Assembly (NCBI GenBank): GCA_965218095.1
Contig: OZ244587.1
Location: forward strand, 672,001-736,000
Length of the DNA stretch: 64,000 nt
From: Candidatus Poribacteria bacterium
GTDB taxonomy: Bacteria; Poribacteria; WGA-4E; PCPOR2b
Reading direction: 5' to 3'
In this document: positions 51,675 through 60,191 of the stretch, piece by piece
Layout: each line of letters begins with the position of its first letter
How positions within the stretch are numbered: position 1 is the stretch's first letter
Translations under genes and position numbers: made by a program
Notes under the pieces: model-generated
Seen by the model: only the letters and a program-made list of their open reading frames with translations
The model's database searches: none
What the model was told of the DNA's origin: nothing

Positions 51675-51703
51675 TTGACACCCGCTATCTTTTTTGCTAT
51701 ACT
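51675..51703 (+). promoter_or_regulatory. Strong sigma70 promoter pointing to the right end of the DUF1670 element
   Basis: TTGACA-17 nt-TATACT with an extended -10 TG. Confidence 0.75.
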
Positions 51704-51707
51704 TCGT

Positions 51708-51834
51708 TACGCTTATATCCAAGCGTATCCATTTCTCGAAGGAGATGCGAGTTCACCCAATCCAACCCGCTCATGGGTGATGGCTGGAAGGCAATAGACA
51801 TCAGCATTCCAACCATCATCTGGTCATTTGATAC
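51708..51834 (+). ncRNA. Candidate structured ncRNA or 5' leader at the element right end
   Basis: Consecutive hairpins immediately after the promoter: 51708-51727, 51730-51747, 51753-51780 and the alternative 51776-51820. Confidence 0.45.
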
Positions 51835-54236
51835 TATTTCAGAATCAGCATTTTCTGTGTCGCAACAAAATCACCAGCTTTGAGTACATAAAAGTACACG
51901 CCGCTGGCAGCGTGCTCTCCCAATTGAGTACGTCCGTCCCAATAGGCCGCTCTTTCTTTGGTGATGTACTGTCCCGGTGGTTTCAGACCGAGCTCTAAAG
52001 TGCGCACCAACTGCCCCGCCATATTGTAAATCTCAATCAATACGGAGGAACCCTCCGCCAACTCGTAAGGCATCCAAACGTCCGGATTGAACGGATTCGG
52101 GTAACTTTGTAGCAACCGAGTACGGATTGGGGCCGCCGGAATATTCATCTCAGGCTTGAAGGTGGGGGTAAAGCCATTCAGTCCGATGCTCGGTGTGCCC
52201 ATGATGCCAAGCGCGTTCACAGGCACAACGGCGTAATAGTAGGTGACACTCTGTGGATTAAATGAGGGACTGCTTAGATCGAATTGCGCCCGGTCCAGAT
52301 CGACATCTTGAAATATCGTTGTGTCTTCAAAGCGGGTATCCGTCGCGTTGACACGCCTGACAATGTTGATGTCGCTGTCAGGGATGCCGTTCTCATCACG
52401 GTCTGCGGCATTCAAAACCTCCGCCGCGCTCTGGAGTGGCTGCGGGTCGTCGGTATTGATGAACGCGGCGTGCCGCTTGCGGACAATAACTATCTCACGA
52501 ATATCTGTCAGATCTTCAAGCTCCCATTGTACAAGCACGCCGTTGTTGCCTTCCGAAACAGTCGGCGTTGAGAGCTTCCCAGCCGGTGGACGACCGGCCA
52601 TATAGCTCACAGAACCACCGAAATAGCCGCCACCGGGGATAACGACATGTTCGATATCCGGGCGGACGTTGATTAGGATCAGCGTAATCTTCTCAATCTC
52701 GCCCCCAAAATCTTTGAACGTGATCTGCGCTTCCTGAGAACGATGATAAGTGAACGCCTCTCGAACTTCAGTTATCCCATCGCGTCTTTCAACGATAAAC
52801 TTCGCGCCCCAACCGCGCAAACCGGTAATATCGTGCCGATCCAATTCCTGCTGAATTGCATTGCGATCCGCGAGGCTGAGAGCATCTATGTCAATCGGGG
52901 CGAGGTCTGTGCCATCAACCTTAACCGCGAATTCCTTCATCACAACACCAAGCGCAGGTTCAAAGACAATATAGCGAGCCGAGAAGGGTTCTGGCATCGC
53001 CTCTGAATCAAAATCAACGCGGACGGGATAGGCGTTATGCACATCAGTCGGATGAATGGCGACCGGCGGGAAACGGTGCCCGTTGAAGTAGTGCTGCTTG
53101 TCATCACGGTCATCAGTAAAGTAATTCCACTCGGTGAAGGTCTTAAACACCTCAACAAGCGTTGTACCGTGATCTGTGAACACCTGCGAAAAGTTACCGT
53201 ATTCGCGGAAGCTGCCTTCTGTTGTATTTCCATAAAACTGCCTGATGATATCGACATCAAATCGCTCCGCCATATAAAGCGCCCAGATCACAGCCGCGTA
53301 CTCGTGCAAACCAACGCGGCTATCAAGGGCAATGTCAGGCTGACGCAAAAAAATGTCAAGCTGTCTGGCATAGTAGTTATACGCATCGGTCTCACCAATC
53401 TCATCGGGGTCTGGGATATCGTCGAGATCGTCAATCCGTCCGCCGTCATATACCTTCGACTCAATCCATGTGGCAGAGGCTTCCATAAACCATGTTGGCA
53501 TTCGCGCATTATAGCCAAACTGAACGCCGTGGATGAACTCATGGGCGCACGTCGTTTCAATGAATCGGATGCCTTCAGATCTTCCGAAAAAGTCATATAT
53601 ACGGGAATTGATCGCGAAATAGGGGCCAAAGGTCGCAACGGTTGATAACACCCGCCCATTGTACCAGTCTACTGTTGTGAAGCCAAGCGCAGGAAACATG
53701 AACAGATATACGTCGTATTTATGATTGCCACCATTTTCAGCCACCCAAAAATCGTCAAACGGCTGCTTAAAGCCCATCAGATCCACTTCAACATGGAAAG
53801 AGCGCTCCATCGCCTCCGCACAAATATCGACGAAATCCGGGACGCCGTTCATCGGATTGAGATCTTCAAGCGGCGGTGCATTGAGGCCGACAGTGGTATA
53901 GTGGAACCGAAAGTGCGGTGTGTCAAACTTCTTGGGCAGGTAAACAGAACCGTAGGCGCTGCCGGGCAGCCCCGGGCGCAGGAAAATCCCCTGAAACTCC
54001 CGTTGATAGATCGCTGGAAGGTGATTCCAGTTTCTGGCGAGGATATTGAAGCTGTCCGTAAAGCACTTCTCAATTTCGCTGGGCGCGTAACTCGGTTTGA
54101 GGTTAATATACTTTCGGACAGTCCGAATTGCGCTATGCAGTTCCGGATCGGGGGGGAGTGCGTCAACAAATAAGGGCGTAAAGACGAAAAATCCGACGGT
54201 CAATAAAATAAATAAGCACAATCTCAAGCGGTTCAC
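51834..54236 (-). CDS. Secreted zinc metalloprotease (MXAN_6640-like) with C-terminal FlgD/T9SS-like sorting domain
   Basis: Signal peptide, AHEFIHGVQFGY...WFMEASATW and C-terminal QSYPNPFNP...YWDGR..GE..ASGVYFY...KMLILK. Confidence 0.85.
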   Translation of the reverse strand: MNRLRLCLFILLTVGFFVFTPLFVDALPPDPELHSAIRTVRKYINLKPSYAPSEIEKCFTDSFNILARNWNHLPAIYQREFQGIFLRPGLPGSAYGSVYLPKKFDTPHFRFHYTTVGLNAPPLEDLNPMNGVPDFVDICAEAMERSFHVEVDLMGFKQPFDDFWVAENGGNHKYDVYLFMFPALGFTTVDWYNGRVLSTVATFGPYFAINSRIYDFFGRSEGIRFIETTCAHEFIHGVQFGYNARMPTWFMEASATWIESKVYDGGRIDDLDDIPDPDEIGETDAYNYYARQLDIFLRQPDIALDSRVGLHEYAAVIWALYMAERFDVDIIRQFYGNTTEGSFREYGNFSQVFTDHGTTLVEVFKTFTEWNYFTDDRDDKQHYFNGHRFPPVAIHPTDVHNAYPVRVDFDSEAMPEPFSARYIVFEPALGVVMKEFAVKVDGTDLAPIDIDALSLADRNAIQQELDRHDITGLRGWGAKFIVERRDGITEVREAFTYHRSQEAQITFKDFGGEIEKITLILINVRPDIEHVVIPGGGYFGGSVSYMAGRPPAGKLSTPTVSEGNNGVLVQWELEDLTDIREIVIVRKRHAAFINTDDPQPLQSAAEVLNAADRDENGIPDSDINIVRRVNATDTRFEDTTIFQDVDLDRAQFDLSSPSFNPQSVTYYYAVVPVNALGIMGTPSIGLNGFTPTFKPEMNIPAAPIRTRLLQSYPNPFNPDVWMPYELAEGSSVLIEIYNMAGQLVRTLELGLKPPGQYITKERAAYWDGRTQLGEHAASGVYFYVLKAGDFVATQKMLILK

Positions 54237-54638
54237 TCATTTCTCCTCTAATCCTATTGTTTTGGAGAGTTCCCATTGTATCGAGACCAACTCTTACTGC
54301 GAACGTTGGGAATAATAACATCTTGCCTCTTTCTTTGTCAACTACTTTGGATTTTTCCCATGGGACACTTTCGGAAGGTTCGTCACGTGACCGGAAATCG
54401 GCGCCGTGCGATAAAACCTTCCGAAGGTTATTTCTAACGTTTTCGCCTTTTTCTCATCCTGCATCTTATGTTATAATGAAAGAACCGATTTATCCAAAAT
54501 TTCCGCATTTTTCAGTGATTATTTTGCATGAGTGCGCGAAAGTGACTATTTTCTTGCGTTCTACCCTCTAACCTGTTTTAGCTGAGTCAAATACAAGTAA
54601 ATCATTGTTGTTGTTAAAATTTCATGTAGAGGTTTATT

Positions 54639-55454
54639 ATGCAGCCATTACAATTTGTTAAAGATAGTATCAAGAAGTTATTTTACGCCGTCTACCAGAA
54701 ACGCCTTGAGCGAGAAGCCAGCCGGTGGCAGATTCCTCATCACATCGGAATTATCCTGGACGGTAATCGCCGCCACGCGAAAGAGCAAGGCTTCTTCGAT
54801 GTCACCCAAAAGCAGTACGGACACTATGAAGGTGGGGATAAGCTAGAAGAAGTCCTCTATTGGTGCGACGAATTGGGCGTCAAGATTATTTCGATCTGGA
54901 TCTTTTCGCTCGATAACTTCGAGAATCGCGAAGAAGCTGAGGTTGCAGAGATTTTGAATGTGATCGAGACAAAAATGCGATCGCTTCTCACCATCGAAGG
55001 ACTCCACACGAATCAGATTAAGGTTCGACCCATCGGCAAGATTGAGTTGCTGCCGCCGAGTCTTCAGGAAGCCATTCGTGACGTGGAGGAAGCCACAAAG
55101 AATTATGATGAATTCATCCTGAATGTTGCTGTGGCTTATGGGGGGCGCGAGGAAATCGTCGAGGCATTCCGCAGTCACTTAAGGTCGGAGGTAGCAGCAG
55201 GTAAAGACCTCGCTCAGGTAGCAGAGGAACTCAGTGTAGGTAAGATTACCCCGCACCTCTACACTTCCAATCTACCAGATCCCGATCTGATCGTCCGAAC
55301 CAGCGGAGAAGTGCGGTTAAGCGGTTTCTTGCTCTGGCAGAGCGCATACTCAGAATACTACTTCTGCGATACATACTGGCCAGGGTTCAGAAAGATCGAC
55401 TTCCTCCGCGCAATCCGTGATTATAGCCAGCGGGAGAGGAGGTTCGGAAAATAG
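54639..55454 (+). CDS. uppS: cis-prenyl (polyprenyl diphosphate) synthase
   Basis: HIGIILDGNRR, FSLDNF, AYGGREEI and PDLIVRTSGEVRLSGFLLWQ. Confidence 0.9.
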   Translation: MQPLQFVKDSIKKLFYAVYQKRLEREASRWQIPHHIGIILDGNRRHAKEQGFFDVTQKQYGHYEGGDKLEEVLYWCDELGVKIISIWIFSLDNFENREEAEVAEILNVIETKMRSLLTIEGLHTNQIKVRPIGKIELLPPSLQEAIRDVEEATKNYDEFILNVAVAYGGREEIVEAFRSHLRSEVAAGKDLAQVAEELSVGKITPHLYTSNLPDPDLIVRTSGEVRLSGFLLWQSAYSEYYFCDTYWPGFRKIDFLRAIRDYSQRERRFGK

Positions 55455-55478
55455 CTGCCTAACACTTATGCCTTCCGA

Positions 55479-56261
55479 CTACCGCCGTTGGGCGATGTCA
55501 ATAAGCGTACCACCGACAACTTTGTATTTATGAGAATCTAATCGCTCAACCTTCGCTCGTTTGGCTTTCGCGTCTACCGTTTTCTCATCGTGCATTTCCG
55601 TGATAAACTCGTAGGGCGGCGCGATGGTGAACGGCTGGATCTCACCAATCTTCGCCATTGCTGTCTTTCCACCCGCGCGGAGCAGTTCCCTCGCTTTCGC
55701 GGGCGCAAGCGATAACGCATTCGTCCGCGAGAGCCCCTTTTTCGTCATCACCGACACAATGTTCGGCGCGTACTGCTGTGCTTCGGCAATTGCTGTATCA
55801 TCGCCGCTGATGAATACCGTTGGAATGCCGAATGAACCTGCGAGTGCAGCGTTAAACCCGATTTCTCCGATCAGTTCGCCGTTGAGCCAGCAGTTGGCAA
55901 TCGCACGCGAGCTCCAACTGTGACAGAGGACACCGTGTTTTGTGTTTTCCATCGCGTGATGCCCATAGAGGAAAAGCGCGTCAAACGATTCATCCAATCC
56001 CCAGGGCGCAGAAATCGGACGACCAATTATCATCTGTACTTCCGGGTGCATCAGTTCGTAGTCGATCCCCCCGGGACCATGACCGTCTAAAAACCAGATC
56101 TTTTTCGCTCCGCCTTCCAACACGCCCTCAACAAGCGCATTGACCTCCAATGTGGCGAGGCGTTTCGCTTGTTCGTAGTATTTCGAGTCGCTATAGGTCT
56201 GTTGGTGAAAATCTACGACACCGGCTGCGCCTTCCAGGTCACCGAGTACGAATATTTTCAT
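55479..56261 (-). CDS. M55-family D-aminopeptidase (DppA-like)
   Basis: DLEGAAGV, DGHG, GVLCHSW, NGELIGE and FISGDD. Confidence 0.88.
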   Translation of the reverse strand: MKIFVLGDLEGAAGVVDFHQQTYSDSKYYEQAKRLATLEVNALVEGVLEGGAKKIWFLDGHGPGGIDYELMHPEVQMIIGRPISAPWGLDESFDALFLYGHHAMENTKHGVLCHSWSSRAIANCWLNGELIGEIGFNAALAGSFGIPTVFISGDDTAIAEAQQYAPNIVSVMTKKGLSRTNALSLAPAKARELLRAGGKTAMAKIGEIQPFTIAPPYEFITEMHDEKTVDAKAKRAKVERLDSHKYKVVGGTLIDIAQRR

Positions 56262-56461
56262 GTCATCTCCTTTTGATTTCAGAAATTTCTTGACAAGTAA
56301 TCGCAACTGTTCCATAATAACTATGAAGAGATTTAACGAGATAGCCCCGCTGCGCTCAACTTGTCGATATATGTATTGCGTAAAACGTAATGTAAACTTG
56401 CAATTTTGGTTATTATAGCACTGTTCGTTGATTTGTCAATTTTTATATATGGAGGTTATAC

Positions 56462-57253
56462 ATGGGTTTCAAACTTGGCTATAGCACGTTACGCTGGCAG
56501 ACGCCTGATCTCGAACCGCTCTTGGTACAACTCAAGGAAGCGGGGTGGGACGGATGGGAGATGCGGCAATCCTTCGATTGGGTCGGCACGCCCAAGCGTG
56601 TCCGGCAGATCTGCGACAATGTCGGTTTACCCGTCGTTGTCGTGACAGCACGAGGGCTGCCGATTGACAAAAATTGGGAGCAGATGGAGATGAACAAGCG
56701 CCGGATGGACTTTGCTGCTGAAGTCGGAGCCGACTGCTTCATGTTCATGGGAGCTGGTAAGCCGAAAGATCGTCCTGTCAGTGACGACGACATTGCTGCG
56801 CTGGCAGATGTTTCGGAGGAATGGGCGGAATATGCCGGGCAGTACGATCTGGATGTATGCTACCATATTCATACCAACACGACGATTGACTCGATTGAGG
56901 ATTGGGCGAAATATATGAGCTTGCTCAGGAATTGCAAGCTGTGTATCGACGTTTCGCATTCGGCGCTATGGGGGTATGATCCCGTCGAATCGATACGTCG
57001 CTATAAGGATCAATTAATCTATGTCCACCTTCAAGACTATGCCAGCTACACCGGTGGCGACGGTGCCTCTTATGCCGTGAATTGGGTTGATGTCGGCGGT
57101 GGAACAGCAATGGATTTCCCAGCGATTATGAAAACCTTAGCGGAGATTGGGTATGATCGTTGGGTGACAGCATGCCCCGGTCAAGTCGAAGGTCGATCTG
57201 ATGAAGAAGGGATGCGAGTGAATCGGGAGTATCTTCGAGAGTTGGGCTATTAG
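56462..57253 (+). CDS. Sugar phosphate isomerase/epimerase
   Basis: GWDGWE, YHIH, CIDVSH, YVHLQD and GYDRWV. GGAGG RBS. Confidence 0.8.
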   Translation: MGFKLGYSTLRWQTPDLEPLLVQLKEAGWDGWEMRQSFDWVGTPKRVRQICDNVGLPVVVVTARGLPIDKNWEQMEMNKRRMDFAAEVGADCFMFMGAGKPKDRPVSDDDIAALADVSEEWAEYAGQYDLDVCYHIHTNTTIDSIEDWAKYMSLLRNCKLCIDVSHSALWGYDPVESIRRYKDQLIYVHLQDYASYTGGDGASYAVNWVDVGGGTAMDFPAIMKTLAEIGYDRWVTACPGQVEGRSDEEGMRVNREYLRELGY

Positions 57254-57464
57254 GCGTAAAACGTAATGCGTAAAACGTGAAACGTAAAGATGCAGGGCTA
57301 CATTGGAATCCTTGCTTCCCTGTATTTCTGAATCTTTGATAACACAATATATGTTTTTACAGAAATCAACCTTGAAGATGAATTTGATTTCACAGGGCCT
57401 AAAAAATTCGACGCAGCGACCGGTTACCGAACACGGTCGACGCTTGTGGTACCGATGAAAAACC

Positions 57465-57713
57465 ATGAAGACAGTGTCATTGGCGTGTTATCCTTTACGA
57501 ACCTTGACGGCGAAAGACCGTCCATATAAGAAACCAATGCCGATGGAAGTTGCGCTTTCAATTTTGAAACGAGTGGCTGAAGAGGGGGACATTGACCTTG
57601 ATATTTTGGAACTCATGATCCGGGAGAAGGTACATGAGAAGTTTGAGACAGCATACGAGGCGAATCAGAATAAAAATGCCTCAGAGGAAAGTATCAAGTC
57701 GCCATTTGCCTAA
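57465..57713 (+). pseudogene. C-terminal fragment of an HD-GYP domain gene
   Basis: LTAKDRPYKKPMP.E.AL.IL.....G.ID only. Confidence 0.6.
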
Positions 57714-57848
57714 CTTGATGGAAGATTGGCATGAGTTAAAGTAGAATTTCACTATATTTCCCACCGTCTTATTATCGCTCAATACGCATCACAGCCACCC
57801 CTGATCTCTCCGGGTAAAGTCACAGAGGTAGACCTTACGTTTCACACA

Positions 57849-59213
57849 TCATTCTTTGTGCACCAGTTTTTTCGTCTTCCACCGTCCCCGCCTGAACCAC
57901 AACCACATCATCACACCTTGCACAACGTTTGCCAGGGCAATGCCAATCCAGATGCCCACCATTCCCACTAGATAGGAAAGCGCGATCACCAGAATCAGCC
58001 CAATACCGAGTTGACAGATTAATGTCAGCACCATCGGGGAAACGGTATCCCCGGCGCCGTTGAGGGCGCGACCCAGCACAATGGAAACCGCGATGAATCC
58101 GAAAGTGACGGAAAGGAAACGCAGGTAGACGCTTCCAACCTGGATTACTTCTGTTTCGCCAGTGAATATCGTAATAAAGGCGCGTGGGAAAAAGAAGAGA
58201 GAAAGTCCGAGGATTGTCATAAGCGCCGTCGCCAATCCAGCGGCGAGATGGGCTGATTTCTCCGCTCTGTCGATTCGACCTGCCCCAAGATTCTGCCCCA
58301 CCATTGGCGAGACAGCGTTGGCGAATCCGAAACCCAAATGCATCACGAGGATTCGGAGTCGCATACAGATGGCGTAGGCTGCCACAGCATTGGTTCCATA
58401 AATCGCCACAACTCGAATAAACCCCAGCCGGGAGACGTGTCTCAGAAATCCTTGCATTGAACTAAAAATTCCAAGGCGCAGGATTTCGCCCATTGCTGAC
58501 AGGTCGACACGGCGTTTAACATACTTCAGCGAGATTGCGCCACGTTCGCTGAAACAGAGGTACAGGAAAATCGCAACCCCACCGCTCCGTCCGATGACGC
58601 TTGCATACGCCGATCCGGCAACTCCTAGACGCGGAAATTTCCAAATGCCAAATATCAGCAAGGGATCAAGGATGATATTCAGAAGGGTTGAGAAGATCAT
58701 GACAACCATCGGCGTAACTGCATCTCCAACCCCCCTGAAAACGGAGCCTAAAGTCATGGATACGAACATCATGATGCCGCCAAGCAATGTGATGCGCAAA
58801 TAAGGAATGCCCAGCCGTATAACTTCCTCCTCTGCTCCTAGCAGCCGCAATCCGAGTTCAGCGAGTGGATAGCCCAGACACGCAATCCCAAGCGGACATA
58901 CAACGCTCAAAATGAGCGCCTGCATCGCAATGTTCTCCCCTTGTGCTCTCTGTTTCGCGCCGATAGACTGAGAAACCATAATGACCGTCCCCATCGAAAT
59001 TCCGAGTGAAAGCACACTAATCAGCCGCTGGAGATTTGCGCTCATATCGACGGCGGAAATCGCTTCCGCTCCCAGTTTGCCAACGAAAATCATATCGACC
59101 ACACTGAAAGAATCCTGCAGAATATTGCTGAGGGCAATCGGCCAGGCAAGATGCACGAGGTTTTTGAGGATGCTCCCCTGGGTAAGGTCATGCTTGGATT
59201 TTTTCATAATCAC
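57849..59213 (-). CDS. MATE family efflux transporter
   Basis: DLTQGSI, VDMIFVGKLG, RGVGDAVTP, NIILDPLLIFG and GQNLGA. Confidence 0.92.
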   Translation of the reverse strand: MIMKKSKHDLTQGSILKNLVHLAWPIALSNILQDSFSVVDMIFVGKLGAEAISAVDMSANLQRLISVLSLGISMGTVIMVSQSIGAKQRAQGENIAMQALILSVVCPLGIACLGYPLAELGLRLLGAEEEVIRLGIPYLRITLLGGIMMFVSMTLGSVFRGVGDAVTPMVVMIFSTLLNIILDPLLIFGIWKFPRLGVAGSAYASVIGRSGGVAIFLYLCFSERGAISLKYVKRRVDLSAMGEILRLGIFSSMQGFLRHVSRLGFIRVVAIYGTNAVAAYAICMRLRILVMHLGFGFANAVSPMVGQNLGAGRIDRAEKSAHLAAGLATALMTILGLSLFFFPRAFITIFTGETEVIQVGSVYLRFLSVTFGFIAVSIVLGRALNGAGDTVSPMVLTLICQLGIGLILVIALSYLVGMVGIWIGIALANVVQGVMMWLWFRRGRWKTKKLVHKE

Positions 59214-59305
59214 TCGCTTTCTCTCCGATGTGTATTGACGAATCTTCGACGACGTAGCGCCTATCTTTGTTTAGCGAATTTAAGCAGACGAATTTAAGCA
59301 GACAA

Positions 59306-59403
59306 GTACCTGGACCAAATTTTCGCATCTTCTTAGCCGGTCAGAAACCGAGTTTTTCTGAAAAACTCGGTTTCTATGCATCCAAAAACTTACGTCCAAG
59401 TAC
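59306..59403. repeat. MITE-like element with perfect internal palindrome
   Basis: Ends GTACCTGGAC / GTCCAAGTAC (9/10 IR) and internal AGAAACCGAGTTTTTC-T-GAAAAACTCGGTTTCT (59343-59375). Confidence 0.65.
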
Positions 59404-59538
59404 ATAAAACGCGAAATGTGAAGATATTCCATTTCCCTCATTTCCCCATTTTCTGATCTTCATTTTGCCAATTTCCTCCTAATTTCGTTTTCTGATTTTC
59501 TCAACTTCAGTTTCCTAATTTTTTTCATAAAAAAACTC

Positions 59539-59567
59539 TTGACAAATTTTCAATAATCGTTTATTAT
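59539..59567 (+). promoter_or_regulatory. sigma70 promoter of nrdR-nrdJ
   Basis: TTGACA-17 nt-TATTAT. Confidence 0.7.
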
Positions 59568-59608
59568 ATTGCTCCCTGTCGAACATATTGTATGGTAGAA
59601 AAATTTAT

Positions 59609-59624
59609 ACACAATATATTGGTG
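59609..59624. promoter_or_regulatory. NrdR box
   Basis: ACACAATATATTGGTG matches the acaCwAtATaTwGtgt consensus and lies just before nrdR. A weaker copy AAACGATATATGGGTA is at 60136-60151 before nrdJ. Confidence 0.7.
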
Positions 59625-59628
59625 TTCT

Positions 59629-60099
59629 ATGAAATGTCTATACTGCGGTGAGTCAAACATAAGAGTCATCGACAAACGTGATACTGACGGAGGAAACGCC
59701 ATCCGTAGACGCCGAGAGTGTCTCCATTGCTCAAAGCGGTTTACGACGTATGAGCGGGCTGAAGTGTTAGATCTGTCCATCATCAAGAAAGATCAGCGTC
59801 GAGAGGCGTTTGATCGGCAAAAGCTGAAGCGCAATATAATGAAGGCTTGTGAGAAACGCGTAATCAGCCAGGAAACCATTGATTACCTGATTGGGCATAT
59901 TGAACAACAACTCATCAGCATGCACAAATCCGAGATCGAAAGTCATGTCATTGGTGAGCTTGTCATGGATGCCCTCAAAGGTTTGGATCAGGTGGCGTAC
60001 ATTCGGTTCGCTTCTGTCTATCGTGATTTCAAGGATGCGGCAGACTTTGAAAAAGAACTCCGTCAATTGGCACACAACGCGCAGATTAATGAAACATAG
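59629..60099 (+). CDS. nrdR: Transcriptional repressor NrdR
   Basis: MKCLYC...IRRRREC..C..RFTTYE, an ATP-cone and AYIRFASVYR. Confidence 0.96.
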   Translation: MKCLYCGESNIRVIDKRDTDGGNAIRRRRECLHCSKRFTTYERAEVLDLSIIKKDQRREAFDRQKLKRNIMKACEKRVISQETIDYLIGHIEQQLISMHKSEIESHVIGELVMDALKGLDQVAYIRFASVYRDFKDAADFEKELRQLAHNAQINET

Positions 60100-60191
60100 G
60101 GTTCAAATAAAGCGTTGAAATAAAGGGGGAGTGTCAAACGATATATGGGTAGACTCATCGTGTCTGTCTATTAATTTGTGCGATCAGAATC

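Larger units (their letters stand above)
47845..51834 (+). mobile_element. Putative TIR-bounded DUF1670 element (about 1993 bp without the nested ISs)
   Basis: Left end GTATCAAATGACCCCATGA versus reverse-complemented right end GTATCAAATGACCAGATGA (17/19, outer 13 perfect). Encloses two paralogous genes. Confidence 0.7.
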
